DNA from: an uncultured Candidatus Saccharibacteria bacterium
GTDB lineage: Bacteria; Patescibacteriota; Minisyncoccia; Phycocordibacterales; UBA2100
DNA length: 64,000 nucleotides
Direction: 5' to 3'
Assembly: GCA_964434285.1 (NCBI GenBank)
Contig: CAYSUJ010000001.1
Coordinates: 240,564 to 304,563, forward strand
Below are positions 1 through 9,294 of this stretch, piece after piece. The notes beneath the pieces are model-generated. The model had not been told where the DNA came from, ran no database searches, and saw only the letters and a list, made by a program, of their open reading frames with translations. Within the stretch, counting starts at the first letter, position 1. Every line of letters begins with the position of its first letter. The position numbers and the translations under genes were made by a program.

Positions 1-558
1 GGCGGAGCCTTGATTGCCGGTCTACCCTTGCCCATTTCCGCACTGCAAATCATTTGGGTGAATTTCTTCACTGACAGCTTGCCCGCGCTCTCATTCGCGT
101 TTGAGAAAGAATACGCGAAGCGTGCGCATGGGCGCGGTGCAGAGATACTCACGACGGAAGTGAAGGCGCTCACTTTGGGTATCGGCATCTTGACCTCAAT
201 TCTTCTATTTGGGATGTACTGGGCACTCTTGCATTTCGGCGTTGCACTAGAAGCTGCGCGCAGCACGATCTTCGTGTGCTTCGCTCTCTACGGACTCGTC
301 GTTGCCTACTCGTTCCGTTCGCTACACACCTCTATTTTTTCCATGCCTCTCTTTGAGAACACTGCATTAAATTTCAGTTCTGGTTTTGGCATCGCCCTTA
401 TTGCCTGCACGATGTTTATCCCATTCGTACGAGATATTTTCTCGCTCGCGCCGCTTTCACTCTCACTCTTTGGTCTCATCGTCATTTGGCTTGCACTCAA
501 TATTCTGCTCGTCGAAATGACTAAGTTAGGTTTTCGCGCATACACACGAAGAGCTTAA
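1..558 (+). CDS. Cation-transporting P-type ATPase, C-terminal transmembrane part; 5' end lies outside the window
   Basis: ORF 10..558 reads in frame from the window edge. PISALQIIWVNFFTDSLPALSFAFE and the hydrophobic tail match the C-terminal TM7-10 region of P-type ATPases. Confidence 0.75.
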   Translation, partial: GGALIAGLPLPISALQIIWVNFFTDSLPALSFAFEKEYAKRAHGRGAEILTTEVKALTLGIGILTSILLFGMYWALLHFGVALEAARSTIFVCFALYGLVVAYSFRSLHTSIFSMPLFENTALNFSSGFGIALIACTMFIPFVRDIFSLAPLSLSLFGLIVIWLALNILLVEMTKLGFRAYTRRA

Positions 559-1337
559 CGTATTTCGTGCGTCTGGAGCATTCGTTCTGCAAGAATAGCT
601 CCCCCGATGAGCCCCCCGTTATCGCCCAGTTGAGCCATATTTACAGGCACACCAGTGAACCTCACTGCAATATGGTCGAGCGGTATTGGGTTTCTCCCGA
701 CTATCATCGAGCCGCCGATCACGAATACATCCGGCTTCCAAATAGTCGCGATCTCTGCGAGCCCGTCGGCAAGTATGTCAGCGAGCGCATGTCGCTCTTC
801 GAGTGAGTCAAGATCCCTGGGCTCGATGCCAAACTTTCTTCTGACTGCGGTGCCCGATATCTGTGATTCGAGCCGCGACTTTAGTTCGGGAAAATCTACT
901 TGAAGAAGCGGACTGCTTGCGAGGTTGGACATGTTGATGAAAGCGCCTCCTACACCTGTTGAAACGGTGATGTATGCGATAAGATCAAATGCTTTTCCGC
1001 CACCCTGCTCTGCCTCGCCAAGCCCAACGACGATGGCATCATTGAGGACGCTTACCGGAACGCCAACAATTTTTGTGATCTCTTGTTCTATATGTAGTCC
1101 GCTCCATGCTGGTAGGTTGGTCGCCTGATCCACGACGCCACGCGTCACTCGTCCGGCGAAATCGCCCGCAGCGGCCGCGACACCTTCCGGTGCAAGTTCC
1201 TGTGCAATCCGCCCAAGCACCGCAATCCCCTCATTCGGATCCTGCAACGTTTGCACTTTGCGAATCTCACCGAGCTCCCGCCCCTCGGCGGCGGCCACAC
1301 GCATGTTCGTCCCGCCGATGTCGAATACGATGTTCAT
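555..1337 (-). CDS. ROK-family sugar kinase (glucokinase-like)
   Basis: N-terminal DIGGTNMRVA ATP-binding motif, ROK-like glycine-rich core, 260 aa. Confidence 0.75.
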   Translation of the reverse strand: MNIVFDIGGTNMRVAAAEGRELGEIRKVQTLQDPNEGIAVLGRIAQELAPEGVAAAAGDFAGRVTRGVVDQATNLPAWSGLHIEQEITKIVGVPVSVLNDAIVVGLGEAEQGGGKAFDLIAYITVSTGVGGAFINMSNLASSPLLQVDFPELKSRLESQISGTAVRRKFGIEPRDLDSLEERHALADILADGLAEIATIWKPDVFVIGGSMIVGRNPIPLDHIAVRFTGVPVNMAQLGDNGGLIGGAILAERMLQTHEIR

Positions 1338-1375
1338 GCACCATAGTATCTCACACTTTCACCCCTTTTTGTGTA

Positions 1376-1411
1376 TACGATAACTATGACCGACCGGTTA
1401 TAGTTATCGTA
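1376..1411. promoter_or_regulatory. 36-nt palindromic element, copy 1 (TACGATAACTAT-gaccgaccggtt-ATAGTTATCGTA)
   Basis: Perfect 11-12 bp inverted arms read directly. Lies immediately 3' of the PaaX-like gene stop. Two near-identical copies are at 2051-2090 and 11270-11308. Confidence 0.5.
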
Positions 1412-1414
1412 TTA

Positions 1415-2053
1415 CTACTTCCTGGGCAAAATGACGTCGAGGATTGGATCAAGTGCTGTGGGTGTGCGCAGCGGCGATGTTTCCGCGCTCGCCAACTTAA
1501 ATGTGGAACGAAGATCTCCGTCGCCCTCGATTGAATCGACAATAAGATATTTCATGTCGCGGCCGACACGAAGTTCTGTTTTTAAGAGAGCGATGAACTC
1601 CTCGCACGGGTAGGGATATACCCACACACTATGCTGCATATGAACGAAACCGATTTCGCGCAGATGTTCTCGAATCCGAAAGCGAATGTGTCGGCGTTGT
1701 TCTGGGATATCAAAAATAAGCACTCTCCATTTCCCGTCCCACCGCTTCGGCGGAGGAACCTTTGCAAATACCAATGCGAGTGACCTCAAATATTTCTCAC
1801 CTTTGCTCGTCAGATACAGGTGACCATTCTGTTCCTCAAGATACCCCTGCCTTTTGAGGCGCCTCCGAGCAGCAGCGATGTATTCAGTTTGGCGTGGCTT
1901 GGGAAAGAGGCCAAGCCTTTTCATGCCACCGAGCACATTCGGCGCGACAAGTGCTATAGAAAGCGCACCTGCAACCGCAACGCTACCCAGAAGAATCGCT
2001 CTCAATGATTCATTTCTGCGCCGTTTCTTGCTTTTATCTTCAAGATCACCCAT
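1415..2053 (-). CDS. PaaX-family-like transcriptional regulator with an N-terminal membrane helix
   Basis: C-terminal WDGKWRVLIFDIPEQRRHIRFRIREHLREIGFVHMQHSVWVYP matches the PaaX_C (Cas2-like fold) pattern W-G-W-[LV]-FD-PE...R...GF..L...VW. N-terminal hydrophobic stretch AILLGSVAVAGALSIALVAP. Confidence 0.5.
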   Translation of the reverse strand: MGDLEDKSKKRRRNESLRAILLGSVAVAGALSIALVAPNVLGGMKRLGLFPKPRQTEYIAAARRRLKRQGYLEEQNGHLYLTSKGEKYLRSLALVFAKVPPPKRWDGKWRVLIFDIPEQRRHIRFRIREHLREIGFVHMQHSVWVYPYPCEEFIALLKTELRVGRDMKYLIVDSIEGDGDLRSTFKLASAETSPLRTPTALDPILDVILPRK

Positions 2054-2090
2054 ACGATAAGTATACCCGGCCGGAGAGAGTTATCGTATG
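2051..2090. promoter_or_regulatory. 36-nt palindromic element, copy 2 (CATACGATAAgtatacccggccggagagagTTATCGTATG); overlaps the regulator start codon
   Basis: 10-bp perfect inverted arms. CAT at 2051-2053 is the reverse-complement ATG of the 1415..2053 gene. Confidence 0.5.
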
Positions 2091-2093
2091 TGG

Positions 2094-3089
2094 TCAGGAA
2101 CGGTTGTTTGCAAACAGTATTTTCATCCGCTCCCAAAATTCTGGATGCCCCTTTTCGCGCACGTAATACCACCACTCAATACCCCAGAGATACTGGATGC
2201 CGAGGCGCGAAGCGCGCGCGTACGCGAGAATCTCTTCAACTTTTTCGATATTCATGCGGCGGAGTTGTTCCTCGATCGATACGGTTTCTATCGCAGCGCC
2301 AAACCATGGTTCGAGCGAAAGTTCAGAAAGAATAACGTCGCGCTCGCCAAACATGAGACGCATCAGGTTCGCCTTAATCCGATAGTACGATGCGGGGAGC
2401 GCCGTGCGAAAGGCGCCCGCCGTTTCATTCCAGAAGTAGAGATACATGCTCGTACCAAACACATCCGCCCGTTTGTATGTCTCGAACCACGTGCCGGTGT
2501 TGCCGCCGTCGGTGAGCATAACGGGACGATCATCAAGTGTGCGCACGAGCGCAATTTCTTCATCAAGAAACGATGCGTCAACCTTACCACAATGCTCATC
2601 GGCGAAGACGCGGAGAAAGGGCTCGTTCTCCACTTGCCACATACTGATGGTTTCTTCTTCTTTATAGCGCTCTACGACGGCGGTCAGATACTGCATAATC
2701 TCGATTTTCTGCTCATCCCACGGCATGGATCCAACCCATGCGGGAATATGGCATTCTGGCCAGCGTGGCAAACGGCGACCGATGGAGAGAACGACGTCGG
2801 CATCGTGCTTTTTTGCCTCGGCAATTTGAAAATCGAGCTCGGACCAATCATAGATGTCGCGCTCGCGTTCGATGTGTTCCCAGTATGCAGCGAGCCGCAG
2901 GTGCTTCACGTCGAGCTCCTCGAGTACCGCGCGATACACGTCCCGCCAATCAAGACCTAATTCTTCTGCATACAAGGGGCTGAACGTCGCGCCGTATTGA
3001 ATCCGCGTTGGCGCTTCACGAAATGAGAGTCCAATGAGCACAAAGCCGACGAGAAACATGCCGACGATCACCGCGCGCCACCGACTCAT
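2094..3089 (-). CDS. Glycoside hydrolase (TIM-barrel, GH5/GH42-like) with N-terminal membrane anchor
   Basis: WQVENEP catalytic-acid-type motif, N-terminal TM helix. Start taken at the internal Met (MSRWRAVIVG) to avoid a 46-nt overlap with the upstream gene. Confidence 0.55.
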   Translation of the reverse strand: MSRWRAVIVGMFLVGFVLIGLSFREAPTRIQYGATFSPLYAEELGLDWRDVYRAVLEELDVKHLRLAAYWEHIERERDIYDWSELDFQIAEAKKHDADVVLSIGRRLPRWPECHIPAWVGSMPWDEQKIEIMQYLTAVVERYKEEETISMWQVENEPFLRVFADEHCGKVDASFLDEEIALVRTLDDRPVMLTDGGNTGTWFETYKRADVFGTSMYLYFWNETAGAFRTALPASYYRIKANLMRLMFGERDVILSELSLEPWFGAAIETVSIEEQLRRMNIEKVEEILAYARASRLGIQYLWGIEWWYYVREKGHPEFWERMKILFANNRS

Positions 3090-3982
3090 AGATTGAGATA
3101 GTGCCCAACCGAGAGCAGCGCGAGACCGCACACGATGAGGCCGACGCCCGTCGCGGATATTGTGCCGCCATGCCCATGCGTGCGCGAACCCTCCCGCTTT
3201 GGCATGCGCTTTGCAAACAAAATCGCGAATACAAACAGAAAGACGAACTGCAAACCGGCGAGCGCGTTTACGATCGTCACGGAGCCGAGCGAGATCGCAA
3301 AGGCCGTGAGTATGCTTGCGACACCGCCGATTACTTTGTTACCCATAACGAGCCCCTTTGAGCGAGACGATGAGTGTCTGCCACCGTGCGTGATCGCTGC
3401 GCGCCACGGTGGCACGATGAGAAGCCCGAGCGCTAAGACCACGTTTGCTGCACGCGTCCAAAAAAATCCATCAATGAACGGGACTTCAAAGAATACGAGC
3501 TTAAATGTGAACGCAACCAGCCCGAAAAAGAAGCCCGAAAGGAGCGTAAAGGAAAGCGCGTTCCGAGAGAAATGGAAGTGAGAGATGAGTGCTGTTCCTC
3601 CCGCAAGCAGAAGAACAGGCAGCACGAACGCGGTTGTGATGTCGTCGTCGATCCAGAGCCCGGCAAAAACGAGTGTCGTAATCGCTGAAACGGCTCCCAC
3701 GACCGGCGCTACGTCTGAGGCCCGACCATGGGTAAGCGCCGAATAGAGGCAGAAAATGGCGGCGACAAACGCGGCTGCGTTAATAAAGGAAAGCGCGAGC
3801 GCATGCACACTGGGGATGGAAACGAACGGAACAAATACAACTACAAAACCCGAAAGCAAAGAAACATAAAACGTGTAGACAATTGGGCGCCCGATGTGCG
3901 TTGCACGCAGAACAATGTGGCGATCAATCAAGACGGAGACCGCGTAGAGAAACTGTGCCACTATCGCGAGCGCGAGATACAT
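3086..3982 (-). CDS. Polytopic membrane protein, DMT/EamA-like
   Basis: 298 aa with about 10 predicted TM helices in two halves. Confidence 0.45.
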   Translation of the reverse strand: MYLALAIVAQFLYAVSVLIDRHIVLRATHIGRPIVYTFYVSLLSGFVVVFVPFVSIPSVHALALSFINAAAFVAAIFCLYSALTHGRASDVAPVVGAVSAITTLVFAGLWIDDDITTAFVLPVLLLAGGTALISHFHFSRNALSFTLLSGFFFGLVAFTFKLVFFEVPFIDGFFWTRAANVVLALGLLIVPPWRAAITHGGRHSSSRSKGLVMGNKVIGGVASILTAFAISLGSVTIVNALAGLQFVFLFVFAILFAKRMPKREGSRTHGHGGTISATGVGLIVCGLALLSVGHYLNL

Positions 3983-3986
3983 TCCT

Positions 3987-5159
3987 CTATTCTAGCAACC
4001 CATTGTGCTCGATGATCTGCTTATACACGTAGGCACTGGGACGTATCTTTCGCTCGAGGGTTTGGTAGTCTATTTCAACGAGCCCGAAGCGCTTTTCAAA
4101 GCCCTGCGCCCATTCGTAATTATCGAGGAGCGACCAATACATGTAGCCGCGCACATCTGCACCTCGCTGGAGCGCTGCATGCATCGCACGCGCGAGGCGG
4201 GTGATGTAATCAGCACGAATCGCATCTTTCGCATCTGCCACCCCCGCCTCGCTCACCCACAGAGGCTTTCCGTAGCGCTTAAGCATCATGAGGGCGCCAT
4301 AGAGCCCCTCAGGATACACATCCCAATTCATGTCGGTTTTCTCGTAAATCTTTGTGTCGCCGAATTTTTTATGCTGATAGTAGTTCACTCCGATGGAGTC
4401 GCATTTATTGTAGACCTGCGAAATAACGTGGTGCGTGGAGATCCAGTTCATGAATCGCGCGCGGAGCTTGTTGATCGGGTTCCCGTTCGCATGAAAATAC
4501 ACGGTGTGATGCACGATACCGACCTCGGCACCGAAGGCAGCCGCCTTAATTGCGTCGTACGCCAGATTGTGTGCGCGCGTGAGATTATTCATAACGCGCC
4601 AGTAGCCGCGATAGTTTTTCTTTCGGAATGGCGGCCAATCACCACGTATCCATCCGAGCGATGCAAACACCGTCGGTTCGTTCATCGTGGCAAAATGGCG
4701 GCAATCGTTCCCAAGCTTCTTCGCGACGTACGCACAGTAGCGAGCGAATATTTCTGGTGACTCTGGATTCTCAAAACCACCCTTCTCCACAAACCACTGT
4801 GGGAGCGTGAAGTGCCACATCGTAACAAACGGCTTTAAACGCCGTTCGCGGAGCGCAGCCAAGACCGCAAGATAATGCCCTATCTCCCGCTCATCAAACT
4901 TCCCTTCTTCCGGCTCGATGCGCGCCCACTCTATAGAGATACGGTGACAGTTGTGCCCAAGCTCTTTCGCGATATCAAAGTCGCTTTCGAAGCGATTGTA
5001 GTGATCGCATGCTTTGTTGCACGGCGGCACGCGCCCTGCGCGTGCCGCCTCCGCCCAATCGCAGTTCTCAATACCCCCCTCGACTTGGTAGCTCGCCGTT
5101 GCGGCGCCCCAGTAGAAACCCTCGGGGAATTTTCGTTCCATGCTACCGAAGCCCGACAT
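3987..5159 (-). CDS. GH1 beta-glucosidase
   Basis: FYWGAATASYQVEGG N-terminal signature, TMNEP acid/base motif, overall GH1 length and layout. Confidence 0.9.
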   Translation of the reverse strand: MSGFGSMERKFPEGFYWGAATASYQVEGGIENCDWAEAARAGRVPPCNKACDHYNRFESDFDIAKELGHNCHRISIEWARIEPEEGKFDEREIGHYLAVLAALRERRLKPFVTMWHFTLPQWFVEKGGFENPESPEIFARYCAYVAKKLGNDCRHFATMNEPTVFASLGWIRGDWPPFRKKNYRGYWRVMNNLTRAHNLAYDAIKAAAFGAEVGIVHHTVYFHANGNPINKLRARFMNWISTHHVISQVYNKCDSIGVNYYQHKKFGDTKIYEKTDMNWDVYPEGLYGALMMLKRYGKPLWVSEAGVADAKDAIRADYITRLARAMHAALQRGADVRGYMYWSLLDNYEWAQGFEKRFGLVEIDYQTLERKIRPSAYVYKQIIEHNGLLE

Positions 5160-5400
5160 GCTTTTCTAGAGCACGAATGCGTTCAAGTGCGTGATCGATC
5201 TCCTTACTATGACCCGAGTGGTCTGAAGTCTGTCTTTCGATATCTTTGATTCGCATTTTTACATCACGTACTTCCTGTCGTATCTGATCGATGTCGTGCT
5301 TTAATCTCTCAATATCGCTTTTATGAGCAACGTGATCGCGCACAAATGTAAAAAGCTCCCCTATTTCACTCGTCTTTTTTGCGGGTCGCTTCTTTTTCAT
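5143..5400 (-). CDS. Hypothetical small coiled-coil protein
   Basis: 85-aa ORF with heptad-like charged repeats. Sits between GH1 and the cupin PGI on the same strand. Confidence 0.35.
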   Translation of the reverse strand: MKKKRPAKKTSEIGELFTFVRDHVAHKSDIERLKHDIDQIRQEVRDVKMRIKDIERQTSDHSGHSKEIDHALERIRALEKHVGLR

Positions 5401-5416
5401 AACATAATTGTACCAC

Positions 5417-5995
5417 TCATTTTTCTACGATCGGCAGCTCGCCGAAATCGGTTTTCTGTACCTCCGTGTAAAGCGAGTTTTTGAGAAGTGCTGGCTTGCC
5501 GTCGCGCTCGACGACGTAGTAGGCGAAGCCGCGCATTTTCTGCACCATCGTGTAATCGGCGTGTCCGGGCATCGCGATTGGGTTCTTCTCATCGAAGTTT
5601 ACGGGCGAGTCGTCTGCGGTCACGAAATAGGTTTTCCCAATGTTCACCGCAAGGTGCCCATGTCCGGGCGGCATATAAACTGAATCTCCTGGTTTTACGA
5701 CTATCGCACGGAAAAGCTCGACACGTGCAGGATCACTTTCGTCGAAAAGTTTCTGCTGAAGAATGACGCCCTTGCCAAGAAGCACCCAATACGTCTCGTC
5801 GAGCTGCCCGATGTGGTAGTGACCATAGGTCTTAATGTACTCGCCGCCCACGGTGCCCGGCTCCCAGACCGTCACGTTGCGCTGATCGCTCCCGCCGCGA
5901 ATCATGTAGTAGTGGATATTCGGCCCAGGCGCATCCGGTACCATCAAAACTTCGCGCATTTTTTCATGGGTACGTGCAGCGTAGTGTTCGATCAT
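5417..5995 (-). CDS. Cupin-type glucose-6-phosphate isomerase (archaeal-type cPGI)
   Basis: EPGTVGGEYIKTYGHYH...ETYW matches the cPGI signature T-x3-P-x3-G-x-E-x3-T-x-GH-x-H...E-x-Y. PPGHGHLAVN matches PP-x3-H-x3-N. Confidence 0.8.
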   Translation of the reverse strand: MIEHYAARTHEKMREVLMVPDAPGPNIHYYMIRGGSDQRNVTVWEPGTVGGEYIKTYGHYHIGQLDETYWVLLGKGVILQQKLFDESDPARVELFRAIVVKPGDSVYMPPGHGHLAVNIGKTYFVTADDSPVNFDEKNPIAMPGHADYTMVQKMRGFAYYVVERDGKPALLKNSLYTEVQKTDFGELPIVEK

Positions 5996-6531
5996 TCACT
6001 CATAGTATCGCGATACGCGCATAGGGCGCAATCCACAGAAACGTCATTCTTATTCACATGGTTATACACAGCTTTCGCACTTGATTTCCCCGAAAAAGCG
6101 AAAAAATGCCGATTGACTTTTCTTTCTTTTCGCTCAGACTAGAAATTGAAGTTTGTTCTTTCGGGATGGTTCTCAAGAGCACTTTCGGGATCCGACTGGG
6201 AGCCCACTTAACGCTAAATCAGAACTTCAATTCCCGAACGAATGAGCTCGGTGAGAGGCCCGCGGAAGCGGGTTTCTCCATCGGGGGATCGAGCAATATG
6301 GAAACGTTCACCATCATGTGCTCATGCGGAGAAGTCGCATCAGTCGAGGCGACAACACGCCGCGAAGCGGTGCGGATTCTTTCTGAGCGATGGAGCGAGG
6401 GCATGCTCCACCGGCACCTTCGTGAAAAACACCCGAAAGAGCGGCTCCCATCCCGCACCGAGATAACCACTCTCATTGCAAGTAAATTGCTTCCCGTGAC
6501 TTCCTAACGGGAGATTTGCTACAATCCCCGA

Positions 6532-7410
6532 GTGAAAATGACTCACAACCTTGAGCGCCTTCCTATCCTGCTTCTGGGCATCCTAACCCTTGCACTCGGC
6601 ATCGGGGGTTATTTTCTGTGGGATTCGCATCGTTCGCTCAGTGGAATCCGCGCTGAAGCCGAAACGGCGCGCGCCTCGTACGCCGAACTCGAAACGCGTC
6701 TACGCGATGCGGAAGCGCACAACGCCGAACTGCGCTCGCTTCTCGAACGCGCTGCCGCAGAAAATTCTGCATTTGCCGAGCGCGTGAACGAGCTTGCAGG
6801 GAGCGTCACGTTGCTCGACAAGATATTCAAGACGGACGAAGAGCTTTTGCAGAAATATTCTTCCGTGTATTTTTTGAATGAAAACTATGTGCCGGAAAAT
6901 TTGGCGCCTATTAACGACGAACTTCTCGCACGTCCGGGAAATTTTATGTTCCATGGCGGCGCCTTTCCCTACCTCGAAAAGATGATGCAGGCGGCAGAAA
7001 AAGATGGCAAACCGCTCCGTGTCCTTTCCTCGTATCGCTCTTTTGGCGAACAGAGCTCACTCAAATCGAGCTACACACGCAAATATGGCACAGGCGCAAA
7101 TGCATTTTCGGCTGATCAAGGATATTCCGAGCACCAACTCGGGACAACGGTCGATTTCACGACCGCGGAAAATCCCGAAAGCCTCGCACTCTTCGGCGCC
7201 TCAGTGCAATACAGCTGGCTCGTGCGGAACGCGCATGAATATGGCTTCGTGCTCTCGTATCCAAAAGACAACACCTATTTCCAATTCGAGCCGTGGCACT
7301 GGCGCTTTGTTGGCGTCGCCCTCGCCACCCGCCTCTACCATGACAACAAGTTCTTCTACGACCTCGACCAGCGGGAGATCAATCTCTACCTGTCGCGAAT
7401 TTTTGATTAA
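6532..7410 (+). CDS. VanY-type D-alanyl-D-alanine carboxypeptidase (peptidase M15B) with signal anchor
   Basis: SYRSFGEQ, SEHQLGTTVD and EPWHWRF motifs of the LAS/VanY family. The TGCTACAAT box sits 12 nt upstream of the ATG. Confidence 0.85.
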   Translation: MKMTHNLERLPILLLGILTLALGIGGYFLWDSHRSLSGIRAEAETARASYAELETRLRDAEAHNAELRSLLERAAAENSAFAERVNELAGSVTLLDKIFKTDEELLQKYSSVYFLNENYVPENLAPINDELLARPGNFMFHGGAFPYLEKMMQAAEKDGKPLRVLSSYRSFGEQSSLKSSYTRKYGTGANAFSADQGYSEHQLGTTVDFTTAENPESLALFGASVQYSWLVRNAHEYGFVLSYPKDNTYFQFEPWHWRFVGVALATRLYHDNKFFYDLDQREINLYLSRIFD

Positions 7411-7417
7411 TACAAAA

Positions 7418-7448
7418 CAAACGGGTCGCCTGGTGAGCGACCCGTCCC
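7418..7448 (+). terminator. Stem-loop ACGGGTCGC-ctggtga-GCGACCCGT 3' of the VanY gene (no U-tract)
   Basis: 9-bp perfect stem read directly. Confidence 0.35.
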
Positions 7449-7793
7449 CGTGAATGGGTGGTTGGGAGATTAGTGGTAGTTGCCGGGGCGGCGCCAACGC
7501 CGACACCAGCTTCCCTGTCGCGAACGCGCCGGGTCGGTGATGAACGCAGGAAGAGCCTCCTCCGGCCGGTAGATCTGCCGGACGCCATTCGGGTGCCTCA
7601 TCGGCGCCTGAATGACGATCATCCTCGAATCAACGATACGCCCGCCGCGACGGGTCTCGACCTGAATCTGCATCAGCAGTTCTCCCTTTTTTTCAGGTTG
7701 ACGCCGAAAATATACACTACACTTGCTGTTTTGTCAAGACCGTGGTTTGCAAGCAATTTCCTCATTTCGGGCGAAATGAGGAAATTATGGTTT

Positions 7794-8399
7794 TCAGACC
7801 GCACGATACCGGGCAGCGCGGCGATTGCCGGTGCGACGAAGCTTGCCCGCAAGAACAAGGGTGTTTAGGTATCGCGTGGCAGTTGCCGAAGAAACTCGAA
7901 GTGCGAGTGCAACCTCGCGCGCCTGAATAGTTCCCCGCTCGCGGGCGAGCGCGAGAATATGCTCAAGATTCGCGGCGCGCTTCGCGCGCCGCGCCCTGAG
8001 TCCCTCCGCACTACTTATCTGAGGCACTAGGGCGACAGGTGGAGACGAAGGTGGCGGCGCAGGTGGTGACACGGCTTGAGCACTCGTCTGCGTCTCCTTC
8101 TTCTCTTCAATCTTCTCTTCAGTCCCGGCCGGCGCAATTTCTGGCGATTCAGCGACAGGAACTTCCTGAACTGCCGTCGCAGCGGGAACAGGCGCACTTT
8201 CAATTGGTGACACTGGCGCAGTTTCCTGGGGAGTCTCAACCTCCACAGCTTTTGCATCCGGTGTCGTTTCCGCGATAACCTCTTCCGGCACACTCACCTC
8301 AACCGGCGCAACCACACTCTCTTCTTTCGCCACTTCTTCCACGCGCATGACTTCCGGCACTGACTCACTCTCTGCAACTGTGTCACCACTCATACACAC
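7794..8399 (-). CDS. Hypothetical DNA-binding protein: acidic Pro/Glu/Val-rich N-terminus, C-terminal winged-HTH
   Basis: C-terminal REVALALRVSSATATRYLNTLVLAGKLRRTG is HTH-like. The N-terminal 130 aa are low complexity. Confidence 0.45.
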   Translation of the reverse strand: MCMSGDTVAESESVPEVMRVEEVAKEESVVAPVEVSVPEEVIAETTPDAKAVEVETPQETAPVSPIESAPVPAATAVQEVPVAESPEIAPAGTEEKIEEKKETQTSAQAVSPPAPPPSSPPVALVPQISSAEGLRARRAKRAANLEHILALARERGTIQAREVALALRVSSATATRYLNTLVLAGKLRRTGNRRAARYRAV

Positions 8400-8510
8400 A
8401 TCGTAGCATCTTCAATCGAACAATTGGCAATAATCCTTAGGAAAGTCAATTTCGCGCTAGCCGTCATATCTATCGAGGGCATGAATTACTCTAACCCCCT
8501 CCTAATACAT

Positions 8511-9248
8511 ATGACACGCATCACACTACAGCATTATCAGTTCGCACTCGTCGGCATTCTGCTCGCGCTCGCGGCGCTTCCCTTCGGCGTTCATGCCGAT
8601 AGCGATAAGAATAAAAGCTCCTCAAAAGGACTCGGTGGCACGGGAGTTGAAATAAACATCGGCTCGAATGGTGGCGTCTTGGTTCGCGGCGCGAAAGTCA
8701 CCGGCGTTTCGTCCTCGACGATTAACGCGAACACCTCCATCGGCGCATCCATATTGAGTTGGGTGGTTAAAACCGATGGCTCTACGGAATTTACGACGCA
8801 GAATGGCGTAGCGACAGGCCTTTCCGGCATCGCCGTGGGCGATACGATTTCCTTCCGCGGCGCGCTTGATCAGGCGGTTGCCGGACTCACCGTGAACGCA
8901 AAGATCGTGAAGGACTGGAGTCAGGTGGAGACCAAGCGCACGCTCGAAGGCGTTGTGAGCTCGATAAACGCGACACTCGGCTCGTTCACCGTCATCAAGA
9001 ATGATTCGACGACAACCGTGCAAACATCCTCTTCAACACAGTGGAAAGGCGACGCAGATTCCTTCTCTGATCTCATCGTGAATGCGGCAGTGAAGATCAA
9101 AGGCTTCTTCAATGCATCGACCACGGTCATGACGGCGCAGTCCGTTGACGTCGATGATGATAACGATGACAACGAAAGTTGGAGCAGTAATGATAGACAC
9201 GAGTGGCGCGACTGGATCCGCTCAAAGGTCTGGCTGAGCCTCCGCTAA
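8511..9248 (+). CDS. Secreted repeat protein (signal peptide, Ser/Thr/Val-rich beta-repeat)
   Basis: MTRITLQHYQFALVGILLALAALPFGVHA signal peptide. Repeated V-x-G-x-V-x-S/T-I pattern. Acidic C-terminus. Confidence 0.55.
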   Translation: MTRITLQHYQFALVGILLALAALPFGVHADSDKNKSSSKGLGGTGVEINIGSNGGVLVRGAKVTGVSSSTINANTSIGASILSWVVKTDGSTEFTTQNGVATGLSGIAVGDTISFRGALDQAVAGLTVNAKIVKDWSQVETKRTLEGVVSSINATLGSFTVIKNDSTTTVQTSSSTQWKGDADSFSDLIVNAAVKIKGFFNASTTVMTAQSVDVDDDNDDNESWSSNDRHEWRDWIRSKVWLSLR

Positions 9249-9261
9249 ATGCACAGGCACT

Positions 9262-9294
9262 CGGTGCGGCAAGCTCCATTGGAGCTTGCCGCAC
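9262..9294 (+). terminator. Perfect 15-bp hairpin GGTGCGGCAAGCTCC-att-GGAGCTTGCCGCACC 3' of the 8511..9248 gene
   Basis: Read directly. No U-tract follows. Confidence 0.4.

Noticed and set aside
2088-2960. 290-aa plus-strand ORF antisense to the glycoside hydrolase gene, with other long antisense ORFs nearby (4005..4760 opposite GH1, 37149..37673 opposite the RAYT, 52666..53301 opposite hisS, 53629..54132 opposite the exonuclease)
   Set aside because: Each overlaps a gene with strong family signatures on the other strand and has no recognisable motifs of its own.
6106-6507. 133-aa ORF and the nested 70-aa ORF (METFTIMCSCGEV...) in the gap between the cupin PGI and VanY
   Set aside because: No RBS or promoter box precedes it. 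The sequence is of moderate complexity but has no recognisable family, and the reading frame is not supported by neighbouring gene organisation. The region may instead be non-coding regulatory sequence, with an imperfect long-range stem GAAATTGAAGTT...AACTTCAATTCC.
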